Below are positions 50,282-59,477 of a DNA stretch of 64,000 nt, in pieces. The DNA is from an uncultured Pseudomonas sp. (lineage in GTDB: Bacteria > Pseudomonadota > Gammaproteobacteria > Pseudomonadales > Pseudomonadaceae). The translations under genes were made by a program, and so were the position numbers. The notes beneath the pieces are model-generated. The model searched no databases. It was given only the letters and a program-made list of their open reading frames with translations, and was not told the origin of the DNA. The stretch is taken from the NCBI GenBank assembly GCA_963519325.1, contig CAUQPA010000001.1, positions 1,341 through 65,340 on the forward strand. The letters are read 5' to 3'. Positions within the stretch are counted from its first letter, which is position 1; every line of letters starts with the position of its first letter.

Positions 50282-50850
50282 GCTTGCGGTCCTTCGTCGA
50301 GGAACAGGCGGCGCCCTGCGTGGCCGGTATCCATACCTATCCCTGCGGCCGCGCGCTGTTCGCTACCGACGCGCTGATTCTCCGGCACGACAGTAGGCTG
50401 GCGGAGGAGCAGTGGCGCAACTGGCTGAGGTGAGGCCGGCACAGCAGTAACAGGCTGGGGTTCTTCTGCGATAGGCGTTGCGGCCCCACCAGGCCCAGGT
50501 GTCCACCAGTGATCAACAAGCGACAAGAATAGGGATCCGAGCATCACCACTACGGCGACTACCTCGAAGAACACCATCAGCGCTGGAGAGAGATCGGTTG
50601 CTAAGGCCAGTCCGACGGCGAAACAAGCACCGGTCACTGGAACATATATCCATCCAGAGTCGTAGTAGTGTTCGAGGCACCACACCCAGGCTGACATGCA
50701 GAAGATGCCGAACGATCCGAAGACCCACGGTCGTACATGCTGATCGATGACCGATGCAGATGGCCAGCCAAGCCAGTAGAGCGCGAGACATGCTGCAACC
50801 GGCGGCAGGGTAGCGATCCCAATGAGGGTGCAGTGGTGTCTTTTCTTCAT
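50278..50850 (-). CDS. Multi-TM protein
   Basis: Four TM helices, Pro-rich tail with GRRLFLD. Confidence 0.6.
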   Translation of the reverse strand: MKKRHHCTLIGIATLPPVAACLALYWLGWPSASVIDQHVRPWVFGSFGIFCMSAWVWCLEHYYDSGWIYVPVTGACFAVGLALATDLSPALMVFFEVVAVVVMLGSLFLSLVDHWWTPGPGGAATPIAEEPQPVTAVPASPQPVAPLLLRQPTVVPENQRVGSEQRAAAGIGMDTGHAGRRLFLDEGPQA

Positions 50851-50881
50851 GAGTAGACCATGCGGTAGGTAGTCGGCGAGG

Positions 50882-51073
50882 TCAGTAGATGACCTTCTGG
50901 GTAATTACGGCCTGCAGCTCGAATGCATGCTCCGGCTTCAGCTCGACTTCGGTGACTTCAGTCCCTTCCAGCCGCAGCCGATGCTCTAGGTCCTCGCACG
51001 TCTTGCCCTCGAAGCCCTGGAGGTCGGCGGTCACCTTTGCCGCTTTGATCGTCACCATTACGCGCTTCACCAT
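50882..51073 (-). CDS. DUF2997-like small protein
   Basis: GF.GK.C and KPE motifs; follows the DUF1257-like gene. Confidence 0.7.
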   Translation of the reverse strand: MVKRVMVTIKAAKVTADLQGFEGKTCEDLEHRLRLEGTEVTEVELKPEHAFELQAVITQKVIY

Positions 51074-51456
51074 ACTGCCTCCTCAGCAATCACTTCCAAA
51101 TGGCCGTTCTCCCGCCGGATCTCCACCTGGTAATTCTCGGCACGCAGGGCCGCGGCGTAGTGCTGCGCAAGGTACATATCGGCCAGCTCTGCGCTAACCC
51201 GGCGCGTCCACTCTCCCACGTCACCGTAGTGCTCCTGGTAGGGCATGTAGCGGCCGTCCTCGAGGTTGAAGCCCAGACGGAACTGAGGCCTTTCCGGGTG
51301 TTGAAGCACCAGGTCGTAACGCTCCGTGGTGTAGCCGACCATGACCCGGTACAGCCTTTCGTTGGTCAGCACGATGCCCAGCTCAGCCAGAGCTGTTTTG
51401 AAGACCACCGCGTCGCTGTAGGCGACCGTAACCTGCCCTTTCACGATATGGCTCAT
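51067..51456 (-). CDS. DUF1257/Ycf35-like protein
   Basis: MSHI start, AL.ELG, .GF....G.Y; follows the AAA gene. Confidence 0.7.
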   Translation of the reverse strand: MSHIVKGQVTVAYSDAVVFKTALAELGIVLTNERLYRVMVGYTTERYDLVLQHPERPQFRLGFNLEDGRYMPYQEHYGDVGEWTRRVSAELADMYLAQHYAAALRAENYQVEIRRENGHLEVIAEEAVW

Positions 51457-51471
51457 GTCTGATAAATCCTC

Positions 51472-52965
51472 TTAACCCAGTTCCAGTGCCCGTCCGCCGT
51501 ACGGCTCGACGATCGGGTCGAGCGTGTTGGCGCGGGTGAATCCGTCCTCGCCCAGGCGGCGAATGGCATCGATGTCGGCCTTGCGGGTCTCGCTCGAAGG
51601 GCTGATGTCCTCCAACGCCTGCAGCAGCAGGGTCTGGCCTACCGGAGCGTCGTGCTCGGCCGCCAGATAACGCGCATCGGTAACGGCTTGCTCGATCTCG
51701 GCGCCGGTGTACCCGTCGCTCGTACGCACCAGCACGGCAAGATCAAGATCCTCCGCCTCGCACTGGGCGATCCGTAGATGGATGTTCAGGATGGCCTCAC
51801 GCTCATCCGCGCTCGGCAGGTCGATGAAAAAGCAGCGATCCCATCGGCCGGCACGCATCAGTTCCGGCGGCAACGCCGCGACCCGGTTAGCCGAAGCTAC
51901 GATGAAGACCTGCTCACGGCGCTCCTGCAGCCAGTACAGGAAGCTGCCAAGCAGCCGGCGCGAGATCTCGTTATCGGCCTCGCCACTGGCGAAGGCCTTG
52001 TCGATCTCGTCGATCAGCACGGTGACGGGCGCAATCTGCTCGATCGTCTGCAGGGCCTGACGGAACCGCTGCTCGGTCTCACCCTGGTACTTGGAGTAGA
52101 AGCGATTCATGTCGAGGCGCACGAGCGTGGTACCAAAGACGCCGGCGGCGGCCTTGGCCATGAGGGTCTTGCCACCGCCCGGCACGCCGGCCAGCAGCAC
52201 GCCTTTGAGCGGTAGGTTCTTCTCCCAGCCCACCTTGCGGCCGCGCAGGAAGCGCTTGAGCGGCTCCAGGCCGCCGACGGTATCGATCTCTACCGGCTCC
52301 AGCACATCCAGGCCAACCTCGCGCAGGATGTGGTGCTTCTCACGGCGGATCTCCGACAGGTACTCCTTCCCGTTGCGGCGGCTGTTGGCTGCCAGGATGA
52401 AGACGTTGCGCATCTGGGTGTGGCTCAGCCCCATCGCGTGGTTCGCGACCACGCCGCGTTCCTCTTCCGTGAAGATCGACGCTTCCGCACCGCTCCCCGT
52501 GGCGCGGCCACCATTGAGCGACCGCTGCACGTCTTGCTCCGCGGTCTCGATAACGGCGATGACTTCGGACCTTGTCATGGGCGGCAGGTCGATGTGGTAG
52601 ACGAACTCCTCCGATAGCCCTTCTCGCCCGGCGATGACGTAGCTGACGCCGTATTTCTCGAGGGCACCGAGGCTACCCTTTAGGGCAGGCAGATTTTCGC
52701 TGGAGCTGCGCTGCCGGTCCTGAAAATACGGATCGAAGATCACCACGCCCCGCTTGGCATCCGGTCCTTCCGCGATCTGCTTGATCTGGCCTGGATCGGG
52801 TACCAGCTTGAACGGCATCTCGTGGTAATGCCGGCCCAGGTCGGCGGCGACTCTCTTGACCGCGGCGCGCGCGCGGGCGACTTCGAATGTCTTGAGGGCC
52901 ACGACTGGGAAGGCGCAGCGGAAAGCCGCGGTAATGCGTTCGAGGACTTCGTTCTCTTGAGACAC
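51472..52965 (-). CDS. Ycf46-like AAA+ ATPase
   Basis: VGGL..LK, GVPGGGKT, IDEIDKAF, ASAN, LPPELMRAGRWD, GYTGAEIEQ. Confidence 0.88.
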   Translation of the reverse strand: MSQENEVLERITAAFRCAFPVVALKTFEVARARAAVKRVAADLGRHYHEMPFKLVPDPGQIKQIAEGPDAKRGVVIFDPYFQDRQRSSSENLPALKGSLGALEKYGVSYVIAGREGLSEEFVYHIDLPPMTRSEVIAVIETAEQDVQRSLNGGRATGSGAEASIFTEEERGVVANHAMGLSHTQMRNVFILAANSRRNGKEYLSEIRREKHHILREVGLDVLEPVEIDTVGGLEPLKRFLRGRKVGWEKNLPLKGVLLAGVPGGGKTLMAKAAAGVFGTTLVRLDMNRFYSKYQGETEQRFRQALQTIEQIAPVTVLIDEIDKAFASGEADNEISRRLLGSFLYWLQERREQVFIVASANRVAALPPELMRAGRWDRCFFIDLPSADEREAILNIHLRIAQCEAEDLDLAVLVRTSDGYTGAEIEQAVTDARYLAAEHDAPVGQTLLLQALEDISPSSETRKADIDAIRRLGEDGFTRANTLDPIVEPYGGRALELG

Positions 52966-53179
52966 GGCCCAAGCTCCTATGCACAGTGGCGATGGAGTTA
53001 GGTTGTCATTACGGCGTAGAGAATAAGGCGCAGTTTGCGCCCTCAGCGGGGGTGAACCGGCAGGATCTGGCTCGATGCGGCCAGAGCAGATCCGGCCCTT
53101 ACCAGGCCGCGGGAGCAGTAATCGTCGAACCAGCCCCCCTAATCAATCACCTATCCACAGGCGGGCAAGTAGGCGGCAA

Positions 53180-53393
53180 AATCAACATCTGGTGACCTTA
53201 TCCCCAAAGGCCACCATATATTGTGTCTGTTCGGTTGCTGAGGGGCGGTGACGCCTACCTCTGTCAAGACTGTCTTGCCTAACGAGGAGGGCTTATCCTG
53301 TCGCCCGAATTATTGGGATAGAGCAGATCCACGACCTGGATCAAAATCCCCACTTATTGTGGTGTAGCTACCAAAAAACACTAAATGTAGTAT
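53180..53393. promoter_or_regulatory. Two tandem pairs of NrdR-box-like sites
   Basis: AATCAACATCTGGTGA (53180), CCACCATATATTGTGT (53211), TCCCCACTTATTGTGG (53347), ACACTAAATGTAGTAT (53378); 31-bp spacing within each pair. Confidence 0.6.
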
Positions 53394-53661
53394 CTGGAGA
53401 CAATGGCCAGCTCATAAGAGGTGGCTTGGCAAGGATGCCGGAGATGAGGGTGACCTAGGTCATCCTGGAGAGAAGATACGGGTGGACTGCGACTAGCTTC
53501 CTAGGGCGCACCGCAGCCACCCGTGGCTCCGAAACGACACCGGTGAGCAGCATTTCGGAAGGCCGTATTTAACGCCCGACGTGATTCACACGTCAAAGGG
53601 TTTTGATGACGGTCGAGGCGCCGCTCACCCTCAAACTTGCTCTATTTGAGGGTCCATCTTC

Positions 53662-53829
53662 ATGACCAACGTACCACTCCGCCGCTGTCGTATTCGGCGC
53701 ATTCCTCGCGTCAAAACCGTGTTCGTTCACCGCTATCGGCGCTTCCGCTTCGGGCGCTGGGAGGACGTCTGCCAGCACTACCGCTGTCTGCCGCAACCAC
53801 AGCTTGTCTTCGACTTCGGGGAGGACTGA
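53662..53829 (+). CDS. 55-aa Arg-rich peptide
   Basis: Below the ORF-track cutoff: MTNVPLRRCRIRRIPRVKTVFVHRYRRFRFGRWEDVCQHYRCLPQPQLVFDFGED; GAGG RBS. Confidence 0.6.
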   Translation: MTNVPLRRCRIRRIPRVKTVFVHRYRRFRFGRWEDVCQHYRCLPQPQLVFDFGED

Positions 53830-53831
53830 GC

Positions 53832-54044
53832 ATGGCCAAGCACATTCGCGGCAACGGTGACGGCAAGAACCGCGAGAACCAGTCCTACACCATCCCAGGC
53901 CGGGGCACTGTCCCGCGGCCTCAGCTGGTGCGGGAAGTCGAAGCGGGCAAGCACCCGCATTTCGGGATCGTGACCCGCAACGGAACGCCTTATGTCCGGG
54001 CGAACCCGGACGGGCGGAAAGGCAACAACGTCGACCAGGACTAG
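53832..54044 (+). CDS. DUF3892-like small protein
   Basis: GAGGA RBS; NG.PYVR.NPD....NN.D. Confidence 0.65.
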   Translation: MAKHIRGNGDGKNRENQSYTIPGRGTVPRPQLVREVEAGKHPHFGIVTRNGTPYVRANPDGRKGNNVDQD

Positions 54045-54136
54045 GTTCACCCAGGCCACGGATGGCCTACCACCTCCTCCGCGCAGGAGCACCTGGCGTG
54101 CGCATGATCGCTGCAAGCCAAGCTAAAGCTCACTAT

Positions 54137-54790
54137 TCACACTGGCGCGGCCTGGGCGCTTTCAGGCACGCCACCCAACGCGGTCTGCATGAGCGCAGGT
54201 GCTACCTCCGACGCTTCGCCTGCGAGCCGCGGCTTGATCCGATCGGTGACGTCACGCGCTAGCGTGCTGATGACCGACCAATCGACCTGCAGCCAGTATC
54301 CGACGACGGAGCCGGTCATCGTGCGATCCAGCGGCGAAAGCCTGCCTTTCAACAGCAGCTCCATGTCGACCTTGAGCGCGTCAACGTGGAAGCCGGCCTT
54401 CTCCGACGTGATCCAGAAGCCTGGATCCTGAATGCGGAACATCAGGTCGAGGGTGAGGCGCGCCAGCTCGAGCAGAGGCTCTTGCGTGGCAGCAGCGTGG
54501 CTGCGGAAGCCCGCAATCTGAAGCTGCCGTGAGCGCCGAATGCGGTCCGCCCACGCCTGCTGCTTGGCAGAGCCACCCCATAGGTCAGGAAGTCCCGATT
54601 CGGCGACAGCCTGCGCCGCAGGCGCACACGCCCAGGCCGATCGCAGTTGCTTGGAGCAGTCGCTGCACAGCGAATAGCGCGCGTAGCGCTCTTCATCCTG
54701 GCGCGCCTTGCTGGATTGGTAGTGGAAGGATGCGTTGTCGGTGTGGCCGCACACGCGGCGCGTGGCAGCAGAGAAGTGGGTGGTGGTCAT
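54137..54790 (-). CDS. Hypothetical protein with putative Zn site
   Basis: CGH...CSDC, LP.L.G..KQ..WA..IR; AAGGAG RBS. Confidence 0.6.
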   Translation of the reverse strand: MTTTHFSAATRRVCGHTDNASFHYQSSKARQDEERYARYSLCSDCSKQLRSAWACAPAAQAVAESGLPDLWGGSAKQQAWADRIRRSRQLQIAGFRSHAAATQEPLLELARLTLDLMFRIQDPGFWITSEKAGFHVDALKVDMELLLKGRLSPLDRTMTGSVVGYWLQVDWSVISTLARDVTDRIKPRLAGEASEVAPALMQTALGGVPESAQAAPV

Positions 54791-54954
54791 GGCTTGCTCC
54801 TTAAGAAAGCTCAAGCATCCCCTCACTTCTGAAAACGCAAGCGCTGCGCCGGCGGTCCCCTCTATCCACGCCCTGCACTGGCTCGAATCGACCCCAAAGT
54901 AGGCTTTTGACGGCACCACAATGGGCTATCGGCAATGCCTATCGAGCCATCAGT

Positions 54955-56388
54955 ATGTCCCGCCTGCAGAAAGCTCTATCCGCCAATCAAAAAGTCTTGC
55001 TCGCACTTTTGCTGAGCGCGCTTGCCTGGACGAGCACAGCGCAAGCCGAGACATGCAAGCTCGATGGCGCAACCTACTTCTGGCTATACGCAAGCGGAGA
55101 TACCAACGACACGCTCTATCGCTACCTCTACATCGAGGGGCAAGAGCTCTACAGCGTCGACAATATCGAGATTGAGCGGGGGGGCTACTTCACCGCCTCC
55201 AACGGCAAACGCTACCGCATTGGGGGAATGACCGACCGAAACTCCGACCATCAAGAGGTCTGCGGGGATTTCGGACCGACCTATCAAAGCACGCAGTCAG
55301 AAACACAACAGGCGAACTGCCCAGCGACTCATCCTAGCGGTTCCATCACTCAGCAGCGCACATTCGAAGTTTGGTCCGATGGCAGTCGGCGCAACTATTC
55401 CGGCTGGAACGAGACCGGCCGTAATTGCCAGGCGGTCTATAACTCGACGCAAACGGAGTCCCGCAATCAGGACTGCCCGGCGACTCATCCCCAGGGCACC
55501 ATTACGCAGCAGCAGACCTATGAGGTCTGGTCGGACGGCAGCCGGCGCAATGATTCCGGCTGGAGGACGACCGGCAACACCTGCACCGCGATCTACTCGT
55601 CCAAGGGATCGGAGAGCCGTCAGCTGAGCTGCCCGGCCGCGACGCCGAGCGGCACCTGGACCCAGAGCCGCAGCTATGACCTCTACACCGACGGCAGCCA
55701 TCGTAACGAGTCGGCCTGGGGCGACACCTCCACCTGCTACAACCGGACGCCAATTGCCGGCAACCTGGCGATCGCCAGCGACGAGGACACGCCGGCCAGC
55801 GGCACCCTGCCGGTGACCGACGACCACTCGACCTTCACCTACCAGATCGTCAGCGCGGCGCCTGCAGCCGCGGGTACCGCTCGCTTCGCCGGTAACACCG
55901 TCGTAATCACACCTACGGCCGATTGGAATGGCGCGACGTCGATGACCTACCGCGCCCAGGACCCCAGCGGCGCCTGGTCGAACGTGGCCACCGTGTCGAT
56001 CACCATCCGGCCGGTGAATGATGCCCCTATCGCCGAGGCCAAGAGCCTGATCCTTGATGAGGACACCCAAGCCAGCGTGCTGCTGTCCGCAACGGACATC
56101 GACTCCCCTGCCCCTACTGCCTTCCAGCTCGTCGCCATGCCGCCGGCCGCGGTTGGCCAGGTCACCCTCGCCGGAGCCACCGCCACCTTCAAGCCGGCCA
56201 AGGACTGGAACGGCGCCACCCAGTTCACCTACCGCGCCCAGGATACCGCCGGCGCCTGGTCGGCGCCGGCGGCGGTCGCCGTCACCGTGCGGCCGGTAAA
56301 CGACGAGCCCGTGCTGACTGATGTTTCGCTCGAGATAAGGACGAAGGAGTCCCTGCCGGTGACCACGCGGGCAGTAATCATCCGCTGA
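54955..56388 (+). CDS. Secreted variable-head protein 1: head, 3 Cys/Trp repeats, 2 Ig repeats, 29-aa partial repeat
   Basis: Signal peptide ending AQA; CP..P.G..TQ.R.Y....DGS.RN.S.W repeats; N..P..EDT Ig repeats. Confidence 0.8.
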   Translation: MSRLQKALSANQKVLLALLLSALAWTSTAQAETCKLDGATYFWLYASGDTNDTLYRYLYIEGQELYSVDNIEIERGGYFTASNGKRYRIGGMTDRNSDHQEVCGDFGPTYQSTQSETQQANCPATHPSGSITQQRTFEVWSDGSRRNYSGWNETGRNCQAVYNSTQTESRNQDCPATHPQGTITQQQTYEVWSDGSRRNDSGWRTTGNTCTAIYSSKGSESRQLSCPAATPSGTWTQSRSYDLYTDGSHRNESAWGDTSTCYNRTPIAGNLAIASDEDTPASGTLPVTDDHSTFTYQIVSAAPAAAGTARFAGNTVVITPTADWNGATSMTYRAQDPSGAWSNVATVSITIRPVNDAPIAEAKSLILDEDTQASVLLSATDIDSPAPTAFQLVAMPPAAVGQVTLAGATATFKPAKDWNGATQFTYRAQDTAGAWSAPAAVAVTVRPVNDEPVLTDVSLEIRTKESLPVTTRAVIIR

Positions 56389-57862
56389 CCGCTCCATAGG
56401 GGGAGTAACCATGATCCGTCGTTTGTTGATCGCACTGTCTGCTGGCGGCGCACTCATGTCGCCCAACTACGGCATGGCATACCCCAACCCGCCGACGCAG
56501 GGCTATCACCCGGAGCTGATGTCAGGAGCTGATTGCTCCTATGGCTACTTCACGACCCGCTCCGCGGCGAACGGATACACCGCGGTGCTTGGTCCGCCGG
56601 ACGCATCGTGGATGGTCTGGGATGACTGGCCAGGATCGAAGTGGGGTGGCGATGGATCCGCGATCGTAGAGCGAGAGGGTAGGCGCTACTTCGTCGGACC
56701 ATACTCTTCATCGCAACCGGACAGCGGAGGCACCGCGTACACCTGGTCGATCTGCCAGGCCGCAAACGTGTACTACGTTCGGACAGAATCCGAGAGCCAG
56801 CAGGCTAACTGTCCCGTCAATCAACCCGCAGGGTCGGTGACCCAAAGCAGAACGTATCAGCTGTGGTCCGACGGCAGCCGCCGCAATTATTCCGGCTGGA
56901 GCGAGACGAGCCGCACCTGCCAGGCCGTCTACAACTCGACCCAGACCGAGTACAGAAACCAGAGCTGCCCCGCTACGCAGCCCCAGGGCACTATCAACCA
57001 GCGGCGGACCTACGAGGTGTGGTCCGACGGCAGCCAGCGCAATGACTCCGGCTGGACCACCACCAGCAACACCTGCACCGCGGTCTATGCCTCGAGCGCA
57101 TCGGAAACGCGCCAGCTCGCTTGCCCGGCAGCGACGCCGACGGGACCCTGGACCCAACGCCGCACCTATGACGTCTACAGCGACGGCAGCCGGTGCAATG
57201 AGTCCGCCTGGATCGATACCGCCACCTGCTACAACCGGACGCCGGTCGCCGGCAACCTGGCGATCACTAGCGACGAGGACACGCCGGCCAGCGGCGCCCT
57301 GCCGGTTACCGACGACCACTCCACCTTCACCTACCAGATCGTCAGCGCGGCGCCTGCAGCCGCGGGCACCGCGCGCTTCGCCGGGAACACCGTTGTCTTC
57401 ACGCCAGCGACTGACTGGAATGGCGCTACGTCGATGACCTATCGCGCCCAGGACCCCAGCGGCGCCTGGTCGAACGCGGCCACCGTGTCGATCACCATCC
57501 GGCCGGTGAACGATGCCCCCGTCGCCGAGGCCAAGACTCTGAGCCTCGATGAGGACACCCAGGCCAGCGTGCTGCTGTCCGCAACGGACATCGACTCCCC
57601 TGCCCCCACTGCCTTCCAGCTCGTCGCCATGCCGCCGGCCGCGGTTGGCCAGGTCACCCTCGCCGGAGCCACCGCCACCTTCAAGCCGGCCAAGGACTGG
57701 AACGGCGCCACCCAGTTCACCTACCGCGCCCAGGATACCGCCGGCGCCTGGTCGGCGCCGGCGGCGGTCGCCGTCACCGTGCGGCCGGTAAACGACACAC
57801 CTGCGCTGACCGATGTTTCGCTCGAGATTAGGACGAAGGAATCGGTGCCGGTCACCACGCGT
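55429..57862 (+). repeat. About 0.94 kb direct repeat, 55429-56370 vs 56921-57862
   Basis: Constant 1492-nt offset; the Ig-coding parts are near-identical at DNA level. Confidence 0.85.
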
Positions 57863-57880
57863 GCCCGGGTCAGCCAGTGA
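56411..57880 (+). CDS. Secreted variable-head protein 2, paralog of protein 1
   Basis: Same architecture with a different head; GGAG RBS. Confidence 0.8.
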   Translation: MIRRLLIALSAGGALMSPNYGMAYPNPPTQGYHPELMSGADCSYGYFTTRSAANGYTAVLGPPDASWMVWDDWPGSKWGGDGSAIVEREGRRYFVGPYSSSQPDSGGTAYTWSICQAANVYYVRTESESQQANCPVNQPAGSVTQSRTYQLWSDGSRRNYSGWSETSRTCQAVYNSTQTEYRNQSCPATQPQGTINQRRTYEVWSDGSQRNDSGWTTTSNTCTAVYASSASETRQLACPAATPTGPWTQRRTYDVYSDGSRCNESAWIDTATCYNRTPVAGNLAITSDEDTPASGALPVTDDHSTFTYQIVSAAPAAAGTARFAGNTVVFTPATDWNGATSMTYRAQDPSGAWSNAATVSITIRPVNDAPVAEAKTLSLDEDTQASVLLSATDIDSPAPTAFQLVAMPPAAVGQVTLAGATATFKPAKDWNGATQFTYRAQDTAGAWSAPAAVAVTVRPVNDTPALTDVSLEIRTKESVPVTTRARVSQ

Positions 57881-57936
57881 CAGCTCGCCAGCCTTGCATT
57901 CTGGAGATAGGCAATAGCCTCGACTGACCCAGTCAC

Positions 57937-58260
57937 ATGAGGCGCCCCATGGAAGTACTACGCAGCTCTTTCACTGCCGGCGGCGAGCGGGTCTACCTGC
58001 TCTTCCAGCCAACCATCAGGCGATTTCGCCTGGCCACACGTTGGTGCTACGTCGCGAGCTTTCTGCAGCTGCAGGACGCGACGGATGCCTTCGAGGCCTT
58101 GGAGCTTTCGGATCGGCCGGCGGCTCAGCTTGGACGGCTATTGGTCCGAGCGGTGCGAAAAACACCTCGATCGATACCGGGCTCCCGCCGTCATGCGATG
58201 TGGAGGATCAACCGCATCCTCGACTTCATCGACGCCCGCGCGTCTGGAACGGCCAGTTGA
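57937..58260 (+). CDS. Basic hypothetical protein
   Basis: ORF preceded by its own TTGCAT-N15-TAGCCT motif. Confidence 0.5.
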   Translation: MRRPMEVLRSSFTAGGERVYLLFQPTIRRFRLATRWCYVASFLQLQDATDAFEALELSDRPAAQLGRLLVRAVRKTPRSIPGSRRHAMWRINRILDFIDARASGTAS

Positions 58261-58343
58261 ATCCCCTTCCACGGCGTGAACTCACGCCCCAGGGCTATCC
58301 CATGTCCCGTTTACTTGTCCCACTCCCCTATGCCGAGGTGGCT

Positions 58344-59477
58344 ATGCCTTCGCGCCCAACCGCACCTGCACCGATCACGATCGTCGCTGCGGCCCTACTC
58401 CTCCTGCTCAGCCTCTTCAGCGCGCTGTCCCGTGCGGACGAGGTCGGCACGACCTTCAGCCAGAACTCCTTCATCTGCGACTCGAACTCACCCGGGTATT
58501 GGAACGGTGGACTGGACAGTGGCTGGAAAAACCACATCATTTCAGTCTATCGGCAATACCCCACCAACTTAGGTCGGTGCCCCGATCAAGGCGGCTGGAC
58601 CTATTGGCAAGGTGACATTCCAAAGTACAACGATACTTATGAAAGCTTTCGCAAACGCTGGAACGAAGCGGCGGATGCCGATGTTAGGGACAAAGGCGGC
58701 CCGGCTGGCTACCAAGCAAAGTTCGATGCGGAGTGCCTCGACTCTGCCCGGCAGATTTACGGAAACTATGTCATTACCGCACGGTATGTTCACTACACCG
58801 GCAACGGGTGCGAAATCACCCGAGTCATTCCCAATACGCCACCAACGGCCCTGAATTCGACGGCCACGGTCAACGAAGACGCCATAGGCCGGTTCAACCT
58901 GCAGGCGTACGATTCAGACGGGAACATCGTCACCTATTCCGTCATTCAACCACCAAGCGTTGGTACCATTTCGCAGAGCACCTCGACTATCACGTACTGG
59001 CCGCCAGCGGACTGGTCTGGTACTACCTCAATGACCTTCCAGGTCACCGACAACCGCCGCGCTACCTCAAATATCGCCACCGTCACCATCGTCGTCATGC
59101 CGGTGAATGATCCGCCCGTCGTCCAGCCGGTTTCCCTGACCACGGACGAGGACACGCCGGTTGAGACGACGCTGTCAGGTACCGATATCGACTCGGCGCC
59201 GCCCTCCTACTTCGAGCTGGTCTCTCCGCCACTCAAGACCGTGGGCGTTGCAACCATTCAGGGCGCCAACCTGCGTTTCGAGCCGGCCAAGGACTGGAAT
59301 GGCACAGCCAGCTTCACCTACCGGGCACGCGACCCCGAGGGCGCCTATTCGGCTGCTGCAAGGGTGACGGTGCTGGTGCGGCCGATCAACGATGCCCCGA
59401 CCGCAACGACACCGCTGCAGATCAAAACGGTGGAGTCCAGGCCTGCGACGGTCCGCGCCCGGGTCACGACGCCTTGA
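58344..59477 (+). CDS. Secreted variable-head protein 3: head, 2 Ig repeats, 29-aa partial repeat
   Basis: GAGG RBS, signal peptide, 4-Cys head, no Cys/Trp repeats. Confidence 0.8.
   Translation: MPSRPTAPAPITIVAAALLLLLSLFSALSRADEVGTTFSQNSFICDSNSPGYWNGGLDSGWKNHIISVYRQYPTNLGRCPDQGGWTYWQGDIPKYNDTYESFRKRWNEAADADVRDKGGPAGYQAKFDAECLDSARQIYGNYVITARYVHYTGNGCEITRVIPNTPPTALNSTATVNEDAIGRFNLQAYDSDGNIVTYSVIQPPSVGTISQSTSTITYWPPADWSGTTSMTFQVTDNRRATSNIATVTIVVMPVNDPPVVQPVSLTTDEDTPVETTLSGTDIDSAPPSYFELVSPPLKTVGVATIQGANLRFEPAKDWNGTASFTYRARDPEGAYSAAARVTVLVRPINDAPTATTPLQIKTVESRPATVRARVTTP

Noticed and set aside
53150..53400. Replication origin
   Set aside because: Only imperfect DnaA-like boxes, with no iterons, rep gene or clear AT-rich unwinding element.
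54955..59477. Diversity-generating retroelement or shufflon behind the variable heads
   Set aside because: No reverse transcriptase, no adenine-specific mismatch pattern seen, and no adjacent invertase or inverted cassettes. Each gene has its own start and signal peptide.
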